A DNA stretch of 64,000 bases, taken from positions 62,001-126,000 of the forward strand of contig JAAILG010000182.1 of the NCBI GenBank assembly GCA_012026655.1, in the 5' to 3' direction. Below are positions 54,197-64,000 of this stretch, one piece after another. The notes below the pieces were generated by a model that searched no databases, was not told the origin of the DNA, and saw only the letters and a program-made list of their open reading frames with translations. The translations under genes and the position numbers were made by a program. Source of the stretch: Hydrolagus affinis. Lineage: Eukaryota. The stretch's first letter is position 1. Each line of letters opens with the position of its first letter.

Positions 54197-54925
54197 AAAA
54201 GACATGTCCTGGTCTACTGGATAAATGACACATTTAGATTTTTATATAATTTTGTTGAGTTTAATGATAATACACCCATGGGAGAGAGTGTGATTTGGAT
54301 GAATTCAGCGGTACAGTAGGATTTCGTAGAAGAAGTGGTGTTGGTAACTTGAGTAAACTAGAATCTTAGGCATTACTGTACAACATTAAACAGGTCCATT
54401 CAGCATTTTAATATTCCTTGCATTTAATATAGCTTTTCATTGTGTTGTCAAAACAATAACGAAATTACATTTGTATAGAGCCTTTCGCATCAGGAAGACG
54501 CCCCAGGACGCTCCATATATCACAATTATAGCGATTATAAATGTTTTTGGAGGCGGACTTGACAGCTACCTAATGCACAACAATAACCCACAAGCAGCCA
54601 TGAATTGAATGGTTCATTTTATTTGGGGGGATTATTGGCCAGGACACTGAGAGAAACTGCATTCCCTTTTTGAATAGTACCATGGCATTTTAATGTCCAC
54701 ATGAACTGACAGACTACAACTCATCAGCTTGCATCACAAACCCCCATAAAGTTGAGTGTTACTCCCCAGTTTGTCATGAGCTAAAGGCCATGATACTCAT
54801 TGATCGAGACCATATGACTCTACAGAGCCAGATGGCTGGAAGATAGGAAGTGATAAGCTGACAAGAGGTGAGGACCTTGCGGAGTTCAGAGTGCATAAAT
54901 ATAGGACCAGTGCTGTACTAATCTA

Positions 54926-55229
54926 CAGGCTGTTCACAAAGTCCAATAACCCTCTTGTTCTTTTTTCTGACAATAAATTTTTATTTTCTGTTGTAGACAC
55001 GTTGAGTGTAACTATGTCTGACACCAGTAACTTCCTTGTCACTCTATCCTTGTTATAGAAGATGCACACACCAATCCCCTAGACGATTAAATACAGTTAA
55101 ACACTTGTATTTAGAAGTACTTCATTGTATTCGGTACAAGTATCATAATTCTCCCACATGTTTTAGTTTTGCTCTGGTTTCAGTGTAAAACGAAAAACAT
55201 GGGGATAACAGGACTTTGTGAACGCCCTG
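54926..55229. mobile_element. Tc1/mariner-type MITE (304 bp)
   Basis: TIRs caggctgttcacaaagtcc and ggactttgtgaacgccctg (17/19 complementary), flanked by TA on both sides (54924-25, 55230-31); no ORF. Confidence 0.75.
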
Positions 55230-58200
55230 TACTCTTCAACCCTAGAATTTTGTTTATCACTCTGGAACTGTCCATGATATCTGTGGTAAGCCATAGTCTC
55301 TCAGAATCATGCTGTGCTTCAGGCAGATGTCAAACCAATTAAACCATCACATCTGCAATGGGCACAATCTCCCCTTCACGTGGTGCAGTTCAGAAATCGT
55401 AGCCCACTTACAGCTGGAACTATAAAGAGCTTCTTAGTGTATTTGCGTTTCTCCTATTGCTGAAGGAATTGGAGTTCAGCACAAGTTACCACCGGAGAAA
55501 GTCACAAGGCAGAATTGTTTTTGTTTGCAATCTTATCATTGATCGAAAAAAAATGAAAATTGTAACTTGCTGTTAGTTCATGTATCCTCTGCTGTAAGAT
55601 CAGAAAGATTGTATGTGTACCAAGTTAACGTACTCAACAAGCTTGTCTGGATTGACTAACACCTGCTCAAACACCTTGCTCCCCAATGCTGATGAACTTT
55701 TTCTTCAGCTCGTAATAATAGCATCTACCATTGTAAGCACAATAAAACATTCCCTAATGTTTGTGACTCAATTTGCTAACACCCAATGTCCTGATCAACA
55801 ACTCCCCCTCCCCACCCAACCCTCCCGTAGACACCTATAAAAAGGTCACTTAATGGCTGTTTTGTGGATTTTATGGGCGGATATTGACTGCTGCTTTCGC
55901 CTATACTTGCACATTCACTGCAGACGATTAAATCCTGTGAGGCACTTTTAGATGTCCCCTTGATATGAAAGGCTTTATACCAAAGGCAAGGATTATTATT
56001 CTAAGCGTGTGCTGGGCAACCCTGGATTGTGACTGAATAAATTTCATTACATATTTCGGATCACTCAGCACTCGTATGCGTGATTATTAAACTTCAGAAT
56101 AATGCCTAAACTGGCCAGCATATTTTTAGTTAAATAGTAATAGTTATATGAAGGACTGATATAATGGATTGTCATAGCTACTTTGAAGTGTGGTCACCAT
56201 AATGCAAACACATGTTTAGCATTCAAATCTCTTAACTGTATAGCTGATTCCAATCTTGATAAATGAGGAACAAGCCCTTTAAGGTTAACAACTTTGACAA
56301 CAGGGAGGGGAGAGTGGATTGTGAGTCAGTAAACTAAACTGATATTATTTTTGAGAACAGTCTGACTGTGTTTTTTCTGCTGGTGCTGTTTACTGAACAG
56401 TTTTGCTGTTTCCCTTTTTGGGGGAGGTTGCTGAGATGACACAAGCTTTGTTTTATTTACTGCGTTGTAGTGTTTACATGTTGCCTCACAAGGCTTTATT
56501 TGCAACAATAAATGTTGCTGTGTTCAAATCTGGCTGGAAACTGCAGATATTCTAGATTTAATGTCACAACAACACAACAACTTCCTGACGCAATGTCAGC
56601 CAGCTGCGATTAGATTGCCCTTAACTTTAAACTGTGTCCTCCTGGGTCTGCAGTTCAGCCTAGTCAACCTTGTGTGTCAGAATTCTCTCTTTTTTATAAC
56701 AAGTATCTGTTCTTCAGATGAGACACTAACTGCCACCCACCTTGTTGAGAAGGCTGCGGTTCTTCTGCACTCAGTTTTAGGGAATCCTGGATTAGAACTC
56801 GTCTTAAAGATGTTCTCTCCTACCATTGGCGGGACCTGGAGGGGCAGATCAATCACTGGAGGCAGGGATTATCCCATTCACCTTCTGTCAACCCTCTGAA
56901 GCCAAAGCCCTATTTGGTAAGGTGATCCGAGTAGGACAAGCAGTGGGATAGCTTGCCAGACAGAGATATCAATGGCAAGCTATGTAGTTTTAGCTCATTA
57001 GACACCAGTTGCACTCCCAACACAAACTCTGGGGTCCCCAAGCCTTGGCTTTTGCCTACCTGCACCTAATACGTTCAGTAATTAGTTAAGCAAGATGCAT
57101 CCATCCAGGGAGAGAGTGCGCATTCAATTTCGACAATCTGTATCTCTAGAATTTCCATGTGCGGGTAAGATGCATGGAATTCTCAGTTTGGCTTGGATTC
57201 TCTTAAGCACGGTGATGTGTTTCCACCTGTGTCAGACTCTCAGCTGACCAAAAAAAGACACAGCTGATGAAACATACAACCTGGTGATATGGAAGGGTCA
57301 AGAGTAAATGGAGATGGAAAGGAAACTCTCGGATAATACACAGAAAGAATGCACAGCTGGCACACTGTCCACAAGTAAAGGACAGTGAAATGTGTTAACC
57401 ATAAAGACCCATGCTTCAATAAGGATTGCTTTGTGTTACTGTATTTTGTTTTTATAATGCTGGTGAAGTAAGTCACGACTGGCTTTAGAAGTGCAAACTT
57501 CAGGTAACAGACTGACCACCTGATTCGATCAATAATGGTCTTTAATGGCCCATTAAACCAAATGAGTAAATGGTTAACTCGCTAACCAGTGAAGGAATGT
57601 GTTTCCACTGCTGCTTTGTGGCTCACCTATTGAAAGTCTTTGCTTCTGAATCAGATTTCCATTACATTGCTGGATGTATTTAGCAGTGTTGTCATTCTTA
57701 ATATGACCCAGACTACAGGATCATTAACTCAAATGATCTGAAACCTACAGCCTACGTAGTTAAATTGGCAGTAGGCTGAAAATCAGACTGAAGCATCCTA
57801 ATGACTAACTTTCTTCAGCTTCTTCAACTTTTTAGTCATTTTGCTTTATGATGTCTCTCCTTCTTATAGGTATTTAGGTGACTTATACCCTCCTGCCCAG
57901 CTCATCAAGGTCATCGACAAATGGATAGTTGTCTTTGATAATACTGTACTATGAATAGAAAAATCCCTGACCTTTAAAGCAAAGCAATCAAATGATTCTT
58001 TGAAAATATGAAGCTCACCCAAACCCATATCTGCTATTTTTCTAAGTAATGATGAGTCAGAGTTAAAATGCTATTGGGCTGATGCTTTTACACCTTTCTG
58101 GTGATAAGTTGTCAATTAGTCCCTCTGTGAGAAAGGAACTTGTGTGGTTACATTTTTGGAAGATTTCCATTGGAGAACCTCTGTAAAGAATTTCAGATAA

Positions 58201-58801
58201 TACCATCATTTTGTCTTAGGCTCAAACCTGCTCCATTCAGTTCTTTGAGAGGCTTAAACTATGCTTTATTTATCTTTCTGAAAAGGCAGCAAGATCCCGA
58301 CGTAATTCATTTACAGACATTGTGAAACGACTGGAGGAGGTAATAAGATTTGCACTGTTGCACAATTCTACTGCAATTGTGTTTAGCCTGTAAAGTGCCA
58401 TTATATAACTTGGGTAAGCAACTATTTCTCAGAGACCGAAAACAAATTCTCCACACTGCAGTGACTATTTATAGAGGAAAGAAGAAAGGAATCATACACG
58501 CAACAAATTGAACATACATAGACCCTTTCTCTCAGGGAAACATTTTGAAGCTCTTTTCAGAGACGAAGTGCAACCTCCAGCAAGATTGGGACATTTCCCC
58601 CAGTGTCCCAACTAACAATCCCCCAGATAAAATTGATTATTTACTGTATGGCTGTTTGTGAGACATTGCTGTCTGTAAATTGACTGCCGCATTGGCCTAT
58701 TTGTTATATAACATCAGATCAGATTGATCTGCACAACTGTGCGTTATGAAAGGCATGATGGCAATGAAGTCTTGTTCTAGTAAGTATTTGTGTATTTGCT
58801 C

Positions 58802-58975
58802 AACAATAATCCCTCAAAAAAATAATAAATTGGTCATTTCAATCTAAGAGTGTTTGTGGGACCCTGCTGTGCGCAATTGGCTGCTGCGTTTCGCCTACAC
58901 ATGTACAGTCAGTTCACTTTGAAGTATATTCTGTGAAACGCTTTGAGATATCTGGAAGACATGAAAAGCACTATA
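58802..58975 (+). mobile_element. SINE body (+) abutting an inverted tRNA-like head (58976-59046, -)
   Basis: Body matches the consensus. The adjacent segment reverse-reads tgtagcttagttgttagagc...ctgggtttaattcctgggcagg. Confidence 0.75.
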
Positions 58976-59741
58976 CCTGCCCAGGAATTAAACCCAGGTT
59001 CCCTTGCTTGCGAGTTGAGGGCTCTAACAACTAAGCTACAGAATTCCAGGACTAAGATCTACAAAAGAAAATAACTTCATAACTCTCAGCTTGTTAACTG
59101 GAAGGGAATAAATCCCAGGAGATCAATACTTTGGAGACACACCCTACAGAGGTGCTAATGGACCATATCATCGCACTGTTTCCTTCACACAAATTCAGTG
59201 AAGTAGAAACATAGACATTTTCTGCACAGAAGGAGATTGCTTTGGCCATCAGGTCTGAACCACTACTTTTCTAAATCAGCCTTAGTTGGTAACTCTCTCA
59301 CACATGCTCTTCTTGTAGCAAACTTAGCAGCTACCTGGTGCAGTGGATATTTAGTGGGGAGGGGGTGAAATCAACCTAGTGTCAAACAAAAGATTGGGCC
59401 ATTAATCAACTCTTATGGTTGGTGAATATTCGGGGCAGGGGGTGAAATCACCCCTGCTTTGACTCAGGATTGGGCCAGGCCACAGTCAATCAGATCTCAG
59501 GAAATGACTGGATTAAAGGCAGACAAATGAAAGGTATCAGAGCTGTGCAAGTGACAACAAAGTGAAGGAGTGGGTCAGATATTGCTGATATCATGTCAAA
59601 GGTTTGTGATGATGTAATCAGGTGGCAAAAGCTTTTTAAGTTGAGGGGGAAATGTGCAAATGTATTTCTAGGAGGTGGAGATGGGGTAGGAGGGGCGGGC
59701 GATGCATTGAAGTTTTGCTCAGGGTGGCAGTTTGTCTTGAG

Positions 59742-59880
59742 TGTACTTGGCTTTCAAATCAGAGTCAGAAGGTTGTGGGTTGAAGTCCCATGTCATGACT
59801 TTGAGCTCATAATCTAAAATAACACTCCAGTACATTGCAGGGGGAGTTTTCTACATTGTTTAAGGTGCTGCCCTTCGAAA
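59742..59880 (+). mobile_element. SINE family A 5' part
   Basis: gagtcagaaggttgtgggttgaagtccc...acactccagtacattg...aggtgctgcccttc. Confidence 0.65.
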
Positions 59881-59994
59881 TGACTCAAAGCACTCCAGAT
59901 GATATGCTGTAAGGTATGGTGACTGTGTATTTTGTAGGCAAATGCAGCAGGCAATTTGCTTCCAGCAATGTCTGACAAACAGTCATGATGGTTA

Positions 59995-60370
59995 CAAGGG
60001 GACCTAATAGAGGTTTTCAAGATCATGAGGGGATTTAACAGAGTAAACAGGGAAAACCTGTTTCCACTGGTGGAACTCGTATCAGTAACTTGTGGTCATA
60101 GATTTAAAATAGTTTCAAAAAGAAGCAGAGGGGAGGTGAGAAGAATTTTTTTCACTCAACGAGTTGTTCGAATCTGGAATGCATTGCCTGAAGAAGTGGT
60201 GAAGGCTGATTTGATAACAACTTTTAAAAGAGACGTAGACATTTATTTGGGGAGGACGGGTTTGTGTGGTTATGGGGAGAGAGCTGGGGAGTGGGATTGA
60301 ATTGCTGTTTTCAAAGAGTCAGCACAGACCCGATGGGCCGAATGGCATCCTTTTGTGTCGTATGATTCTA
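59995..60370 (+). mobile_element. CR1 LINE 3' end (ORF2 C-terminus and 3' UTR)
   Basis: Translates to GDLIEVFKIMRGFNRVNRENLFPL...GHRFKI...FFTQRVVRIWNALP; the gatgggccgaatggc...tatgattct terminus is typical of CR1. Confidence 0.92.
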
Positions 60371-61907
60371 AGTGAATATTTGCAGGATTGTTGGCCAGGA
60401 TACTGAGAAATTTGCTTCTCTTTTTGAATAGTAACATGTGGGTATCTGAGCCCTAAAATCTTTCATAGTCTTAACATTTAAAAGAGTACTGCAGCTCTCA
60501 AGGAGAATTCTGCATGCCTGCTATCCATCTAGCAAGGGCTCAAATCTATGTTTGGCAGATATCTAATGACTAACTGTATCTTCCTCCTGGGCAAGAGGTA
60601 ATCAGGGTCTCTCTCAGTCTGAAATAACTTCCAGATGGAAGCTCCTGCCTACCCAAGTGTCAGACCATAATTTCTTCATTGGAATCACTGCTTGTTTCTA
60701 TCACACAGTGGGAAGTAAATGTGTGAATTCAGGAAGGAACACCTTGCTCTCCCTCTGACACTAAAACATCTTGTGCCTCATTTGCGATTTGCGGTTTGAC
60801 ACCCAACCACACGTCAGGGGTTGGTGGCAAACATGTGAATTAAATAGATGCACACAGCGAGCATTGCTGGCAATGTACACACAATCAGGCGAGAGGTTCA
60901 CATACATGCAGAAGGCACTAGAGCCTATTTGATCTCATTTTTTCCAGAATAAGGCTCACAACCTTGAACTCACACTGTCTCAGGATTTTACTGCAAAGTG
61001 CAGTAAATACTGTAGTTTGTAGGCAAACAATTTGCACACTGCAACTTCCCACAAATAGCCATGAAGTTAGTGATCAATTTTATTTGAATATTGTGACCAG
61101 GACCTTTCTGTTTTTCAAGCAGAGCAATTGGATTTTTAATGTCCATCTGAACAGGCTGATGGTTCATCAGTTTGATATCTCATTCGAAGGATAGCTCCTC
61201 CAGCACTGTACTGGAGTGTCAGCCTAGACTGTGAGTCCAGATGTAGTGTTTAAACATATCATAAAGCAATGAGGCCTAGGTTAGAGCCTTGGACAGAAGA
61301 CACTGTATTTCAGTTAATGAGTTAACAGACACTTTTTTAAAGCCAGTTTTCTATTAAAAAAAAATTAAAATTATGTCTAGCTTGTTCTTTGGCAGATAGT
61401 ACTGTTCATTCAGCTATTCCCCTGTAATAAGTAACCATCATTGCATAACCAAAGGTTCAGAGTTTATTAGTTTTGAACAGAAAGAGTTCACTTCAGGACT
61501 ACTCTCCAGTGTTAAAGTGGTGGTATCTCAGTGGAAGGGGGTTCAATTCATGGAACACCAGAAATAATCTGTTGTAACTCCACTGCAAGTTAAACATCAA
61601 TTCAAGTTTCCATTTTGACAAAGCCTTGGTTTATATTAAATCCTATAATTCGCATTTTATCTTGAAAGTAAGCGTATTGCCTGAAGTATGGAGCCGTACA
61701 GGTACGAATTCCACAACTTCAGTTCACAATGTATACAGAGTTAGTTGGACAGCTGGTGATGTAATTGATGGAATTATTGGGATTAGATTCACTACTGGTT
61801 TAAGTGGGGTGGAGGGGCGGGGGGCAGTGGAGAGCAGTGGGTTAGATAGGCAAGAGAAAATATCTTATAGCATTTTGTTACTTTGTTTACTCACTGAACT
61901 TGCAACA

Positions 61908-62280
61908 CTAACAATCCTTGCATTTGGTATTGCACCTTATCACATCGTTGCGATGTCTCAAAGTGCTTCATGAATTATTGTAATATCTAGTTACTGTGTA
62001 TTTTGTAAGAAGACAAACATGGCAGCCAATTTGCGCACAGATCCACAAACAGCCGTAAAGTGAATAATCAATTTTATCTGGTGGTGGGGGGTGGGATCTC
62101 CCTTCTCTTTTTGAATACTGCTTGGTTTTAATATTTGATCTGAGGGATATCACCAACTCTCTCCCAGCACTGCACCGGAGTGTCAGCCTAGACTGTGAGC
62201 TCAAGATCCCAACAGGAGGCTCGAACCCACAACCTTTTGACTCGGGAGCGAGAGTGCTACCACCTGAGCCAGACTGACAC
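61908..62280 (-). mobile_element. Near full-length tRNA-derived Deu-type SINE (SacSINE1-like, here family A)
   Basis: The reverse strand reads tgtcagtctggctcaggtggtagcactctcg...ggttgtgggttcgagcc (A/B boxes), then a body with gctgtttgtgg...tgcgcaaattggctgcc, then an L2-like tail. Confidence 0.8.
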
Positions 62281-62629
62281 CGTTTTATATGACAAGCTTA
62301 TCCCTTTGAAGTCACTGTTACCTTCTGACTGTCGATAGTTGTCTCACAGTCTGCTGTAGAGCAACAGTGGAGTATCTGGCCTGATTCAAAAGAGATGCGT
62401 TGCCTCAGTGGGAGTTGAATGTTCTGTGTCCGCATATGATTGACAGTCGGGGGAAATTTAACAGTCTCTGTTGAAACAAAAGGTCTGCTGGATATGAGAC
62501 AATTCACTCCATGCCATGCTGTCAAATACGATCAAACACATTTCAGTATGTGTAATCAGTTTCATCTGATCTGACTCATTCCATTGAATGGAAAGCTAAA
62601 ACCAAGCAACTACATTTATCATTTCTTCA

Positions 62630-62790
62630 TATCACAAGATTTGTTTGGATCAGGAAGATCCTTCAGCCCATCTAATCTCATGCTCCCATCATAGCATCAA
62701 GCTGCGTTTTAAATGAACCCAGTGTTCTGACCTTAACCACCCTTCCTGGCAACCTGTTCCAATCATTAATTACCCTATGGGTAAGAAAAG
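62630..62790 (-). mobile_element. Old CR1 3' fragment
   Basis: ccttcagcccatc...ccacccttcctggcaacctgttccaatcattaattaccct; reverse-similar to 43810-43960. Confidence 0.65.
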
Positions 62791-64000
62791 ACAAAAGAAA
62801 AGCTTTTCTGCTCAGGATTTAGACCCAGAAAACACGTTGTGGGTTGTATGAAAGACAAAATTCATACAAATATCAAAAGAATTGATTTAGACCATTCCAT
62901 ACTTCACACGTGATCTGCTTGGACAAGGATCTCTTTCTAGCCGGGATGGGTGGGAGGTAGAGTGGGGAAAAAATAATTCCCATTTTGGAAGTACAATGTC
63001 ATTGGAAGGGATGGGGAGCAGTGTATAAGGTCGTTGATTGTATGGTAGTACAGAAAATGCCCATTGTAATACTGCAACAACAACAAAATTACATTTGTAT
63101 AGTTCCTATCACATCTGGACAATCAGTGTTTAGACCCAAGCTAGGGGGCTAATTTACTGCAGTTAAACTTGTGAAACTAACCTTCAAAACTAACTTGCTC
63201 ACACCCAGATCCCTGCACGCAGCCCTAAAAAACATTAAAAATTACTGCAAACTCAATCATTTATCCATATCCATTTGCTTACTCACAGCTAAGAAAACCA
63301 ATGTACTGTAATATGTATGGTGCTTTAGAACGGAGGCCTGCTACTTGACAGCATAAAAATGTCGATCTATTTTGATTGATGCCTATGCTGGTTGAAACCC
63401 TGAGTCTATCTGCTGCTAACCCTGTGGTAATTGAAATGGGGCATCAAATACAAAATAGGTTAACATACTTTGACACAGTGGGGACAAGGTTCTGCTTCTA
63501 TTGTACAAATGCCAGTCAAGCACATTTCTTTAAAACTGCAGCTCAGCACAATTCAATGGACTCACATGCTGTGCTATAGAAAGTATCCCTCCATCGTGAC
63601 CTCTAATACCCTCTGCATTCTCTCATATTGAATCAATAATGGATTGGGGTGGTGGTGGGGGAGGAGGCTTGTGAGTTGGACTTATTTAAATTTCCTATTT
63701 AAATTCAAACTAACATAGAACGACCCAATAGAAATCAGGTCATCCGGTATTTTCAGCTGGCAAGATATTAAGTAGCTAGAATACATATTATCAAATAGAT
63801 AATTATTAATGTCGTGCCTGTAACTCAACAACATCCCAAAGTGCTTCAGAATTTTTTGTAGGCAATTCTGGCAGCCAATTTGTGCACATCAATATCCCAC
63901 AAACAGTTATAACCAATCTTATCTGGAGGCTTGGATGTCTATCCATTGGGAGAAATTCCCATCCTTTTTTGCAGTGACATTCAATCTTTCATATTCACCT

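Noticed and set aside
49300-64000. A neighbouring gene such as COLGALT2, expected from mammalian synteny
   Set aside because: I could not find exons or an RDEL-type C-terminus on either strand; short exons could have been missed by eye.

Overview
Vertebrate genomic DNA. The repeat landscape (L2 and CR1 LINEs, Deu-type tRNA-SINEs, Penelope-type repeats) suggests a cartilaginous fish, plausibly a holocephalan; this is inference. The + strand holds a complete 18-exon RGL1 gene (Ral-GEF with REM, CDC25-homology and Ras-association domains). The CDS runs from 3149 (or 3131) to the stop at 47620. All introns are GT-AG and phase-consistent, giving 775 aa (781 aa from 3131). The 3' UTR ends near an AATAAA at 49253. 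The rest is intronic or intergenic DNA with many retroelement fragments, one TA-flanked Tc1/mariner-type MITE, microsatellites and a 100-N gap. No protein-coding gene was found in 49.3-64 kb. The most notable non-coding observation is a 212-bp palindromic insertion with a perfect 15-bp target-site duplication and two back-to-back degenerate hammerhead-ribozyme-like cores. Others are young inverted L2 copies that could pair in the pre-mRNA, two candidate unannotated RGL1 exons, and a miR-19/miR-130 seed cluster in the 3' UTR. I found no convincing evidence of a wholly new biological system. Family names come from recall, not database searches, and repeat boundaries are approximate.
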